Assembly: GCA_002269645.1 (NCBI GenBank)
Contig: NIVC01000424.1
Span: 361,501-425,500, forward strand
Source of the DNA: Macrostomum lignano
Lineage: Eukaryota
DNA: 64,000 bases
Direction: 5' to 3'
Each line of letters starts with the position of its first letter. Position 1 is the stretch's first letter. A program made the translations under genes and the position numbers. Below the pieces are notes generated by a model, which did not search any database, was not told where the DNA came from, and worked only from the letters and a program-made list of their open reading frames with translations. Positions 49,335-58,937 of this stretch are shown one piece after another.

Positions 49335-49561
49335 AAACTAGCTTTTACGCAATGAATTAACCAATTAGCTGAATCACTTTTACGCAAACACCTGTCTATC
49401 CACCTAAATTCTATCCGCAATGAATGCAGCTAATTACAAGCCCAACCAAAATACACAAAGCTTATTTCGCGTATAACTTAACACATTTAAATTCTTCTTT
49501 TCAAGCAGTATTGTATATTTCAACTAGATCCAAACACAATTTGACGCACAAATTAGCGAGT

Positions 49562-50125
49562 TTACAAATATTGAGGCAGCACTCGAAAAACAAAATTGCG
49601 TAATTTAGCATACAAGTATCGAAACGAACCAGTGCGAATTATATTCCGTTTAAAAACGCTTCGAATAAAACACTCTAGGTTTTCTCTGGTAGTCAACTTA
49701 TGAAAAATATAAAAAATTACCCAAAATCCACAACTTCCACTCTGTGGGTCTTGGATAGCAAAGCGACTATAACACCAATTTTTCGAATTTCCACATTCTT
49801 TTCCTAGCCATTTTGCTATTCTTGGCAATGGTACTAGACCAAGAGAATCAAAATATTCACCAAGTCGTTTGCTACCGCGACCTGCTGGATGACCATAAAC
49901 CCAAACGCATACCCAATGTTTTCCGGGCAGGTTGGAGACGTCAGTATTAACGATAAAAAAATAGTTTTTACCGTCTAAAGGTAAGCGTCTAAGTCCACCA
50001 ACAAAGTTTTGAGGAAAAACACCAAGACATACAACATTTAAAAAATGTGCGCACAATTTCGATACAACATTGCGAAGGAAGCGATCTGTTACACCACGAT
50101 CTAGGATAGAATCAATTACTTCCAT
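49562..50125 (-). CDS. Adenain-like maturation cysteine protease
   Basis: IVNTD...GKHW (His), YFDSLG (Asp), IQ....SCG (Gln/Cys); ATG overlaps the MCP stop. Confidence 0.92.
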   Translation of the reverse strand: MEVIDSILDRGVTDRFLRNVVSKLCAHFLNVVCLGVFPQNFVGGLRRLPLDGKNYFFIVNTDVSNLPGKHWVCVWVYGHPAGRGSKRLGEYFDSLGLVPLPRIAKWLGKECGNSKNWCYSRFAIQDPQSGSCGFWVIFYIFHKLTTRENLECFIRSVFKRNIIRTGSFRYLYAKLRNFVFRVLPQYL

Positions 50126-51438
50126 ACTGTGCCAGGAACAATGTCGCGAAGTTCAGTCAGTTGCAGTTGCTTGTCAAATATACCTCCAAATATGACGTTG
50201 TACACGGTACTAGTTGCAGCATTGAAGCGTAACTCTAGTTTTACATTTCCTTCCTTATACAGTTGCACTCCCCGTCCGACACCAGGTTCACTTCCAAGAC
50301 TGAATGCAAAAATTGAGTAACCATTGGCGTAATCCAGCATATTAAATCCAATATCTCGTCCCTGTAGATAGATTCCAAGCTGTTGTAGCAAAAAATTATA
50401 CTCTGTCACACAATCATCTCCAAAGTTTGTCTGCAGCGGACGCGATGGTACCGAGTCTCCATTCACAAACACACCAATGCTGCTCACATTTGCATGCTCA
50501 AAGTTGAACGGATTTGTGTCCATGCTTCCATTGAATGCCTTGTTGCTTACGATTGCCATCAATAAAAGCCGTGGTACCCCACTAGGAAACAAATTTTCAT
50601 GCGTATGGCTAGACGATCCTCGGGGTATAGTAAACGTACCAAGGCTTAGACTTCGGTGCGGATATAATGCATTGTGACTTTTAAGTCCATGAGCATGTGC
50701 ACTGATAACACTCGGCGAGGGTTGAACAAACCGCAATCGTAGTTCTGCACGCAAAAACTTGATCTCATAGTCTTTTAAAACCGCACCAGCTTCTAATGTT
50801 GACCCGCTCAGGACAAATTTACTTTTTGCCGGTATGAGCTTGATCCGTAGTGGTGTCTTTGATAGTAGATACCGAGGCTGACGAAACAAATCCAAGAATA
50901 ACGGCCCCGATACAGTGCACCGCCTATTGTTAGCAATGAGCGCCTGCCTCTTTGTTCGTCCATCGTTTTCACTTGTTGCATTCATTTTACCAGCTGTATC
51001 CTTGTAAAACCCCCACGGCAGTAAACCAGCCTTCTGAGCTGTATGTCCATATTCCAGTAATGTAAGAAGCATAGCCTTGTATGGATACATAAAACTACCA
51101 CCTTCAACTACAGTATCGCCAATAGTAAATTGAACGTCCTCAAACAATGTTCCAATAACCAAATTATTCAAACAAACAAAATTTTTCGTTGCATCTATAG
51201 GTTCACCTTCACTATCACTAACGCTGAAGCATACCGTGAGCACAGTTTCTTGTAGATCCAAATACAAATCGCCTGCAGGCACAACTTCAAATTCGATAGG
51301 TGATCCTTTTGTAATACCATGTTGCGGTTGAATGTTAGTATATCGATTATCCAAAACACTAAACTGAACAGGACTTTGATCAAATAGCGACAATTCACTT
51401 TTAAGAGCAGCAATATCAGGTCCAAGCAAATGATTCAT
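50116..51438 (-). CDS. Major capsid protein (double jelly-roll, Polinton type)
   Basis: KSELSLF...PIEFEV...YLDLQET, YPYKAML.TLL.Y, NPFNFEH, GNVKLELRF: typical Maverick MCP motifs; ~440 aa. Confidence 0.9.
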   Translation of the reverse strand: MNHLLGPDIAALKSELSLFDQSPVQFSVLDNRYTNIQPQHGITKGSPIEFEVVPAGDLYLDLQETVLTVCFSVSDSEGEPIDATKNFVCLNNLVIGTLFEDVQFTIGDTVVEGGSFMYPYKAMLLTLLEYGHTAQKAGLLPWGFYKDTAGKMNATSENDGRTKRQALIANNRRCTVSGPLFLDLFRQPRYLLSKTPLRIKLIPAKSKFVLSGSTLEAGAVLKDYEIKFLRAELRLRFVQPSPSVISAHAHGLKSHNALYPHRSLSLGTFTIPRGSSSHTHENLFPSGVPRLLLMAIVSNKAFNGSMDTNPFNFEHANVSSIGVFVNGDSVPSRPLQTNFGDDCVTEYNFLLQQLGIYLQGRDIGFNMLDYANGYSIFAFSLGSEPGVGRGVQLYKEGNVKLELRFNAATSTVYNVIFGGIFDKQLQLTELRDIVPGTVWK

Positions 51439-51439
51439 G

Positions 51440-51898
51440 CTACTTTTCAAACAGACTAAAAAGTTTCTTGCTTGCAGTAGCAGTTCGACGTTTTCCTATA
51501 CCACCGGTCTTCTTGCGTTTTCTTTTGTTCACGCGTCCCTTTCCACACTGTCTTGTTCGTCGTTTCTTTTGCCGTTTCTTCTTTCCTAAGCTTATAGCCA
51601 CTCCACTGGTTCTTTTCCTTCGCTTTGGTCTCGAAACTGCAGTTGTATTAAACATCTCTTCGCTCGATTCTGTGTCCAAGTGACGCTTCCGACCCATACC
51701 AATTTTTGCTGTCGCACTTTTCAAATACTCCAGACCACGATCCAAGAAATCTTTCTTTGCGTTGCGTAGTACAGGATACACCAATCTGTCCGCCAAATTT
51801 GACAAAAAACCGTAACCTTCGTAAACAGGAATGCCATATCCACCTCCACCTTCAGCAGATCTATTCGGACCAGAATAAAAAGCAAAAATAGGATCCAT
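51440..51898 (-). CDS. Small Lys/Arg-rich core-like protein
   Basis: GGGG.G.PVY.G.G motif, amphipathic segment, highly basic C-terminus; lies between INT and MCP as in other Mavericks. Confidence 0.65.
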   Translation of the reverse strand: MDPIFAFYSGPNRSAEGGGGYGIPVYEGYGFLSNLADRLVYPVLRNAKKDFLDRGLEYLKSATAKIGMGRKRHLDTESSEEMFNTTAVSRPKRRKRTSGVAISLGKKKRQKKRRTRQCGKGRVNKRKRKKTGGIGKRRTATASKKLFSLFEK

Positions 51899-51939
51899 TT
51901 CAACAGTCTTCTCTTCGTCATGCAATCCCAATTCATGTG

Positions 51940-53100
51940 TTACTTATACACTTTAGAAAATAGTTTAGCAGTCTTTGCGTCAAGATCATTTTCGTTTAAC
52001 CACTGACTTCTTGAGATTGGCATACCTTTCCATTTTACTAGATACAGACGACTTCCATTTTTCGCTCGATCAGTTTCAATAACTTTTTCAATTTCATTAG
52101 GTGTTTCATCTGTCTCGTTTACCAACATTAGTTCCGCTTGGTTAAACCTTCCTTTCAGCACTTCAAATCCATCTTCAGGGTCCACTAATTCGTACATTGG
52201 CGGGTCTGTCAAGTGTACACGATGAATGCGATATTTTGAATTACTCCAAGTCGTAGTGTATCCTTTTTCAAATGTTCCTCGACGTCGTGTAATTCTAACC
52301 CAATCACCAACTTTAAATTTATTCTCATTCTTTTTAGTGTACGACTTCGCAAACATTTTGTCCCACAAAATTCCTTGTAAATGCGGGTCTGTCTCTACCC
52401 GTTTTGGTGTTTCTCCACTCAAGGATCGATGAGGACTAGAGTTGAAATTATCTTCCAATTGCGGTAAAATGTCAAACCATCGAGGTAAATTTTTTGCTCG
52501 AAAGTATCGTAATAGACGTTCCTTTAACGAGCGGATAAATCGTTCAGCCATGCTTGCCTTGTAATTGCTTTGGCTAACAAAAAATCGAACTCCTTCCTGT
52601 TTCAGCATTTGACGTGTAGCTCTTCCGAGAAACTCCATACCAGCATCACCTTGTAAATAAACAGGCTTAAAACCACTTCGAAAAATCTCTAGTAATACTT
52701 GACTAACTTCTGAAGGCTTCTTTGTACGCAATGGTCTTAGTCGTACAACTCTAGTAAAACAGTCGATAAGAACAAGTATGTAACGATAACCTCGATTTTC
52801 CGTCTTGTATTGAGGTAAATCTGCCAAATCGATTTGAAACTGAAACTTTGCAACTGGTGGCACACTAATTTTTGGAGTTGGAAAGTTTCGTCGTGTTTTT
52901 CGAAATAAATGATGCTCATTTGTTGATCGCACCCAATTATCAACTTCGCGCTTTGCAACTTTGTTCGTAATCTGTGGAAACTTTTTACGTACTTCACGAA
53001 CAAGTATAGTCTTGTTACCACTAAATGAAGTAGGCCTGTTCAAGTTAAAAAAAGCATCCGTCAAAAATTCTTCAATTTCCTTACGCACTCGCTTCATCAT
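51940..53100 (-). CDS. Retroviral-like (c-)integrase with C-terminal chromodomain
   Basis: DDE triad QIDLAD, GDAGMEF, AERFIR; chromodomain EIEKVI...YLVKWKG.P.S.SQW.....L. Confidence 0.95.
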   Translation of the reverse strand: MMKRVRKEIEEFLTDAFFNLNRPTSFSGNKTILVREVRKKFPQITNKVAKREVDNWVRSTNEHHLFRKTRRNFPTPKISVPPVAKFQFQIDLADLPQYKTENRGYRYILVLIDCFTRVVRLRPLRTKKPSEVSQVLLEIFRSGFKPVYLQGDAGMEFLGRATRQMLKQEGVRFFVSQSNYKASMAERFIRSLKERLLRYFRAKNLPRWFDILPQLEDNFNSSPHRSLSGETPKRVETDPHLQGILWDKMFAKSYTKKNENKFKVGDWVRITRRRGTFEKGYTTTWSNSKYRIHRVHLTDPPMYELVDPEDGFEVLKGRFNQAELMLVNETDETPNEIEKVIETDRAKNGSRLYLVKWKGMPISRSQWLNENDLDAKTAKLFSKVYK

Positions 53101-53269
53101 CAGTTAGATTGATGCTAGTCGTTTGACAGTTGCAACAAAAGAACGAAGCCTCGATCGAATCTCCGTCAGTATCCTCGTTGTGCTCCTTTCCCAGAAACGG
53201 CACACATTCAGATTTTATGCAAAAAAACTCACAGAGACGAATCAAAAGTTTTTGGAAGATAGATGACAT
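53081..53269 (-). CDS. Small Cys-rich ORF overlapping the integrase start
   Basis: ATG-initiated 62 aa with CCNC; packed like the neighbouring viral genes. Confidence 0.45.
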   Translation of the reverse strand: MSSIFQKLLIRLCEFFCIKSECVPFLGKEHNEDTDGDSIEASFFCCNCQTTSINLTDDEASA

Positions 53270-53381
53270 GGTTTGTCTTATTAAACTATATATTTTTCAT
53301 AAACAAAAAATTAACCTTTTTAAAAAGCTTATAGTGCTCGAATCAATTTTGTTAAAACGTAATCTGTAATTTTAAAACAAC

Positions 53382-54071
53382 TTAATTCAGTGTTTGATAA
53401 TTTTCAAACAGACTAAGATCCTCCTTTGCAACAGTTTTTGGAGCAGACATTAGCTCGTTTCGTACATGACGCCCGATTTGGTTTGCTGCGATTCCACGTT
53501 TTCGAAGAAAGTCTAAAAATGTTTTTAGTCCACTAGGCGGTTGAGTCTCGTGTCGCTTAAGCGGTCTGTCTCGAACAACATATTCCATGAGATCTTGTAT
53601 CTCGGCATCAGTCAAATTAGCCAGCATTGGTTCTGCATTCTTGTCCATGTCCGAAAATAGGTTTTGAGCGAGAGCTTCGAAACGTGGTAAAAAAACTTTA
53701 GGAATTTCCCTTGATTCGCTGGCATATGAACTTCTTACAGTAGTCCCTTTGCGAACAAGTGACAGATTGTCCTCGTCTCCAGTGCGATAGACTTTGCGCA
53801 ATTTTAAAAGTTTGTCTTCCAATCTGCTTCGTTTCAATTGAGCTGTGTAATTTGGCTCCTTTTCCATTTCCTTGTCCAAGTTATCCATTTGGTCTCTCAT
53901 TTCCACCATATTTTTTGCCAGAGCATCTTGCGGTGCGTCTAAAACTTCAGTTTTTCGAGGTGTCTCAGCAGTTGGTGACGATCCTTGCTCTGCACCTTGA
54001 CATGCAGATTGATACACAGATTCAGGTACTAGATACATTCGTTGAAAACTACTACTCTCGTTAGTTCGCAT
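53382..54071 (-). CDS. Uncharacterised Polinton protein (229 aa)
   Basis: N-terminal RMYLVPE motif seen in Maverick accessory ORFs; intact ATG-stop ORF. Confidence 0.7.
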   Translation of the reverse strand: MRTNESSSFQRMYLVPESVYQSACQGAEQGSSPTAETPRKTEVLDAPQDALAKNMVEMRDQMDNLDKEMEKEPNYTAQLKRSRLEDKLLKLRKVYRTGDEDNLSLVRKGTTVRSSYASESREIPKVFLPRFEALAQNLFSDMDKNAEPMLANLTDAEIQDLMEYVVRDRPLKRHETQPPSGLKTFLDFLRKRGIAANQIGRHVRNELMSAPKTVAKEDLSLFENYQTLN

Positions 54072-54081
54072 TATATTCCTA

Positions 54082-54510
54082 CTACTTTCGTTGAATTGAT
54101 CGTATTAAATTCGCTGCTCCCGCGGCGGTACCAACTACTCCAGACGTTATCCCAAGCGCAGTGCTTATAGCAGGTAGAGCGGCAATAATTGGAGCCAAAA
54201 AAGGTAAAAATCCTCCGTGTTGGACAAGTATTTTCCTTTTTGCAGTAATTGGAGTCTTCTGTTCCAAAAGCTGGCGTATATATCTGCGATGCTTCTCAAG
54301 TCGTCTTTTGTTACAGTTACTAATTTTAATACGTCCACTAATAATATTAAACAGAAAGTCTACTAGACATCGTATCTCCGACTCTGAAAGTGTTTGTAAA
54401 AAACTTTTTCTCTGCTTTGGATGCTTTAGCCGATAAACAATTTGTAGTAAAAAAGCACACTGACACAATGAGCGAGCATTTTGTTTTCCTTTTTCTGTTA
54501 GTTCGCTCAT
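54082..54510 (-). CDS. Conserved Polinton small protein with QHGGFL amphipathic/hydrophobic tail
   Basis: EIRCL..FLFNI..G.I.IS...KRRL.KHR..IR.L...KRKILVQHGGFLPFLAPII is a recurrent Maverick ORF type. Confidence 0.8.
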   Translation of the reverse strand: MSELTEKGKQNARSLCQCAFLLQIVYRLKHPKQRKSFLQTLSESEIRCLVDFLFNIISGRIKISNCNKRRLEKHRRYIRQLLEQKTPITAKRKILVQHGGFLPFLAPIIAALPAISTALGITSGVVGTAAGAANLIRSIQRK

Positions 54511-54566
54511 TCTTACAAAACAAATTCACAAAATTTTCTATTACACAATTAATCTTTGCTTATAAA

Positions 54567-55556
54567 TTAGTCCGACCTATGTTTAAAATGCAGTACGACA
54601 ACAACGTGTGCTCCCGGATCAAAATTAAACGGTTTTCCGCGCTGGTCCGATAGTCGAATCGAAATCTCGTGAATTTGTTGTCGATTTGTTTTCAAGTAGT
54701 AGGGTGTTTGCAATGCACTGCTATCGCGTATAAGTTCTCCGTTTTTCTTTTGTTGGAGTTCCACAACTCGAAGCAACGGTACTGATGTACTTCCCACTGC
54801 TTGATACTCGATTATATCTGTGTAACAGTACATGTAAACCGTTTTACTAGGCATCGGAGAAGGTAGCACAGCATCCAAGTAGGTTTTGTTAATGCGCCAA
54901 ACACGATTTCTCAACCAATATTGGTGTACTTTGATGTACACTTCTCCTTCCGTTTTTCGAAGATAGTCTCCATGCGAAACAAGTCGTATAGCTTCACCAG
55001 GCGATAGAACACAATAAAAAACATAATAGTTCTCAGGTACTAGCGCTAGAGTATTGTCGAGACTTTTTATCAAATCCAAGTATGAACCATCCGGTGGTTG
55101 TACACTACCAGCGGCAGGTTTTGATAATTTTTCCGAGACAAGTCCAGAAAGTTTCTTCCAAGAGTCAAATTTGAAAGCGTCCATAAATGTAACTGGTAGT
55201 TCTAATCCAATAGTTTTTTCGCCTGAATTTCGTAAAAGCCAGGCAAATTTTTCATCTGTACCAGACGGTTGCCAGGAAACGTAAGCATCCAAGTCTGCCT
55301 CTGCCCAAACACGACCCCAATAGTTTTTCTTTAATCGTATTATTGAGTCAATGTCCGCAAAATATGGAACTTCAAATCGACGCTCACGATGAGCATTTGG
55401 CGTCGTAATTGCTCCATGGCACAGTAATTCAACTAGTGCAACCTCGAAGAATCCGTTCAATAAATTTATTGGTTCAGTTAGTCGCACTCGAAATTCATTA
55501 GGCGAGTTGGTTTCGTAACTGATATCGTTTGACGGCAAAAAAACGTAAAAACTCAT
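54567..55556 (-). CDS. Minor capsid protein (penton, single jelly-roll)
   Basis: FYVFLPSN...N....FRVRL..PI.L...EVALVE and Y.YTDIIEYQ.VG....PLLRVV...I.EISIRL.D..G.P..F motifs. Confidence 0.85.
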   Translation of the reverse strand: MSFYVFLPSNDISYETNSPNEFRVRLTEPINLLNGFFEVALVELLCHGAITTPNAHRERRFEVPYFADIDSIIRLKKNYWGRVWAEADLDAYVSWQPSGTDEKFAWLLRNSGEKTIGLELPVTFMDAFKFDSWKKLSGLVSEKLSKPAAGSVQPPDGSYLDLIKSLDNTLALVPENYYVFYCVLSPGEAIRLVSHGDYLRKTEGEVYIKVHQYWLRNRVWRINKTYLDAVLPSPMPSKTVYMYCYTDIIEYQAVGSTSVPLLRVVELQQKKNGELIRDSSALQTPYYLKTNRQQIHEISIRLSDQRGKPFNFDPGAHVVVVLHFKHRSD

Positions 55557-55613
55557 TTTGAAATAAAACACAAACTAATATTGACAACAGTTTATAATTT
55601 GCTTATAATAATA

Positions 55614-56303
55614 TTACACAAACTTTGCATCACATTCACGAGTATAGACAACTTGTTCATCACCAGAAAATATTCCTGTTCTCAATCGTAAAAAATCTGG
55701 TGTCACTTGCCGCAGGTCAATGAATAAATATGAAAAAGGTTTGTTATTTGTTGCGTCTTCATACACATTCACTAGAAACCTACTATTACGCGGATACATT
55801 TGTCGACCGAGATGTTCAACTGTGGTTCGATCGCGCACACTACGAGTTAGACAAATATAACTAGCTGATAAACTTCGCATGCGTGCTTCTGGATCAGACT
55901 TGTTAAAAAGACCTTGACAAAGGTACAGACAAGTCAAAGGGATATGATGCGCATGCTTTGTAAACATACTAGTAAATTCTGGCAACTTAGCAATCTCGCT
56001 TTGCAAGTCGTCAACAACAACCAAATCGTGTGGTAAAAAACGATTAATCATCTGTGGTGTGAATTCGGGTACAAAAACAATAGGGTCAAGACCGCTTTTT
56101 TGCCAGCATGTTCTAATTCGTTGTTGATCGTCTGGTTTCAAACTTGATCCATGGCACCAAACAAGACGGCACGGTTTTTTATCAAATAATTCTTTTCGTT
56201 CAGTCAACAAACGCAACGTCCATTCAGTTTTACCCGAGTTTGAAGGTCCAGCAATAATAAATGTAGAATCGTGAGCTAGTTGCATATTGTATGGCTGCTG
56301 CAT
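55614..56303 (-). CDS. FtsK/HerA (A32-like) genome-packaging ATPase
   Basis: Walker A GPSNSGKT, Walker B VVVDDL, F.K..HH and LCQGLF motifs. Confidence 0.93.
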   Translation of the reverse strand: MQQPYNMQLAHDSTFIIAGPSNSGKTEWTLRLLTERKELFDKKPCRLVWCHGSSLKPDDQQRIRTCWQKSGLDPIVFVPEFTPQMINRFLPHDLVVVDDLQSEIAKLPEFTSMFTKHAHHIPLTCLYLCQGLFNKSDPEARMRSLSASYICLTRSVRDRTTVEHLGRQMYPRNSRFLVNVYEDATNNKPFSYLFIDLRQVTPDFLRLRTGIFSGDEQVVYTRECDAKFV

Positions 56304-56305
56304 TT

Positions 56306-56749
56306 TCAAGCACCAAAGCGTTGCTTAACTTGCATAACCTTGGTAACCAACTTCGCAGCTAGTTTTTCTTTCCAACCAGTAGACGGATCGTGGGCAATCT
56401 CTCGTGCACCAGATTCTAATAGCTTATCAGCTTTTAACCTCTCTTGCACGTCAGAATTTTTATCATAGGCCACGTCGTGAAGCATGCACAAATTGTCAAG
56501 CCGATTAATTCCTCGTTGTCCTTTTGCTAGCCTAGCTTGCAGTTGCGTACCTGGACCACAAAACTGATATCCGCCGGGTAAATGTGCTTCAAATGGTAAA
56601 TGATTAATTAACCAATTTACGACACCATAACCTTGTTGCTTTTTATTAATCTTTCTAATAGATTTCTTCTTTTTACGAATGCTCTTCTTTTTCTTTTTAA
56701 AACCTCGATCTTTCGCTGGAGACATTTTTACAACATATATTTTAGGCAT
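56306..56749 (-). CDS. Parvovirus-type phospholipase A2 domain protein with Lys-rich N-terminus
   Basis: Ca-binding loop HLPGGYQFCGPG and catalytic LDNLCMLHDVAY, then R..AD..L. Confidence 0.88.
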   Translation of the reverse strand: MPKIYVVKMSPAKDRGFKKKKKSIRKKKKSIRKINKKQQGYGVVNWLINHLPFEAHLPGGYQFCGPGTQLQARLAKGQRGINRLDNLCMLHDVAYDKNSDVQERLKADKLLESGAREIAHDPSTGWKEKLAAKLVTKVMQVKQRFGA

Positions 56750-56840
56750 AAATTTTTAAAATTGCTTATAGTATTTACAAAGCTCTCGCATAGTGCACCA
56801 ATCACCAAAGAAAAAAATCAGTTTATTATTATTATTATAC

Positions 56841-57323
56841 TTATTGGCCAGTGCTGCCAAAGCCGCCAAAGCCGCGCCGCTTGGTCGGCGGCTCAATCAT
56901 CCGAATCGAATTGTCTGCTTCAGTCACATAGACTGAAGCAAGCACGGCCTGCTCCAGAACCAGTTGTGCAATACTGAGCCCGGCATAGTACTCAAAGTCT
57001 TCCGGACTGTAATTAAACAAGACTATACAGATTTCACCAGTATAGTCGGGGTCGATTACGCCACCGCCAACAAATAAGCTGTGCAGAGCCATGCTGGAAC
57101 GTCCCGCTATCCTGCCATAGGTACCAGGCGGTAAGCGAATTTTGAGTCCGGTTCGCACACTCCGGGACTCGTAGGCCGGAATGGTACCATCGACGCCAGC
57201 GCAAAGATCATACCCGATCGACCCGACAGTTTTTCGGGTCGGAATCGTTGCCGAATCGTATAGACGTTCAACTAAAAGCTTACGATCAGTTAGTTGTTGT
57301 TGCTGCTGCTGCTCGGGATTCAT
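56841..57323 (-). CDS. dut: Trimeric dUTPase
   Basis: All five motifs: GYDL, RSS, GVIDPDYTGEI, IAQL, RGFGGFGSTG; N-terminal poly-Q. Confidence 0.93.
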   Translation of the reverse strand: MNPEQQQQQQLTDRKLLVERLYDSATIPTRKTVGSIGYDLCAGVDGTIPAYESRSVRTGLKIRLPPGTYGRIAGRSSMALHSLFVGGGVIDPDYTGEICIVLFNYSPEDFEYYAGLSIAQLVLEQAVLASVYVTEADNSIRMIEPPTKRRGFGGFGSTGQ

Positions 57324-57599
57324 GTCGATTCTTGTAGCTGAAAGTTTAAAAAAAAGTTTTTTTTCTTGAAACATGAACGATAGCACTACATTTACGTCTA
57401 CTACAAACACAAGCTTAGTCTTGAGAATCTAACTATAAAAAATATACTTTTTCAAATAATTAAACACAAAAAAGTGCTAAAATTATAATTTAAACGAATG
57501 CCGGTATCATTTATTTATTGTAAATAATGATCAATGAAAAAATTAATGATGGGTTACAGTCTTCTATAGCATGCTATTACTTTGTACAACAAAAGAGAT

Positions 57600-57946
57600 C
57601 AGAGCATATTGTTAATTAATTAGCCAAGTGCCAGTGTCCAAAGGGTAGCGAATTAATTGAACTTGTCCAGGATCGCTTCGTATCGAAGAAGCTTAGTGCA
57701 AGTTTTCTTTGTTGCATCAAAAAAAACTTTCTGTTTTCGAGAACGAATGGACTGCATGCGCGAAAACACAAGTTGTCGCTTGTGTAAGACTCTTAAATAG
57801 TCTTGATGCTTTAAACTGCTCTGTGCGGCTTTAGAAGCAGTACTGCTCCAGCTTTGCGACCGATTGAGACTGGAACTTTAAACGATTGCTGCTTAACCAG
57901 ACCGGACCGGACTGGACCGGACCGGACTGGACCGGACTCCCCGCGC

Positions 57947-57978
<32 letters not shown>

Positions 57979-58716
57979 ACCACCACCACCGCCGCCACCA
58001 CCACCACCACCACCGCCGCCACCACCACCACTGCCGCCGCCCGCCCCCACACCACCGTGGGACGTATTTGTTGACAGTGTGCTTGCATGGCTTTTGCGAT
58101 AAACGCAGAGCATCAAGTCTAGCTGCTCGATTGCTCTATATTGCCAATTACTACCTCGAGATTGAAAATTGTCAATTTTTATTAACAACTGATTAATAAC
58201 GCGTGCGAACCAGTCATTGTAGGCCTCGGGAGATAACAGCATGTCACTGTTTGCAATCGTCTCATCAAATGATATTGTCGCAATGTTGGTATTAAAATAG
58301 ACCGAAATGATCTCTTCGCTGCTCGAGCCATCGTTGTCGTCTGCTGCTGTTTTCGGTCGAAATAGTGTCACTTTCAAGTGAAAGCAGACTCTTATTAATA
58401 AACTGGGTGAGCCAATTTTTTCCAATATTTTAAATATTGGTTCTCTTAAAGACGCAATCAACTCGCCAGGAAGTAACTCGCCAGAGCTGTTGCCTTGTTG
58501 TTCAAGAGTGGGAGTAAATTCGACAAAATTTACCCGACCACGATGAGCTGACTCGCGCAAAGCGATGGACCACCCATCTGGTGGGTTTTCGATCAGGTTT
58601 TGCAGCGATCCGGTCAGTAATCGTTGCGGTGAAAAACAAGCACCATGCGAGTGAGCATGCAGCTCGGCTTGATTACTGAACTTTTTTCTGCAGATTTGGC
58701 ATTGTGCACGCGGCAT
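57600..58716 (-). pseudogene. Relic of the pPolB N-terminal region (C2H2 finger ORF 58716-57811 plus decayed tail); no polymerase core
   Basis: CQIC...H...H finger; IDNFQSRGSNW...I..L.L; SFKVP.SI...AV and, in the same frame after two TAA stops, DNLCF. These are motifs of the region that precedes pPolB in Mavericks. Confidence 0.6.
57890..58055. repeat. (GCC/ACC)n triplet and ACCGG repeats encoding poly-Gly and GPVRS
   Basis: Direct. Confidence 0.93.
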
Positions 58717-58937
58717 TGTGTGCACCTAGCTCGACAACGAGCGTATCGAGCATAATATTAATAGATGATCCGGTTTGTCATTTGCGGCTGTAAGAAAAAT
58801 GATGATTTGGTTAGTTATAGGTATAGCTGACACGTTTACTATTAGAGAAAACAATTGGTAAATAAAAAAAAAGACAAAATGTTTGTAAAAGAATGCATCG
58901 CAACTGCGATTTGACAGCAATTGTTTACTTGTTAAGT

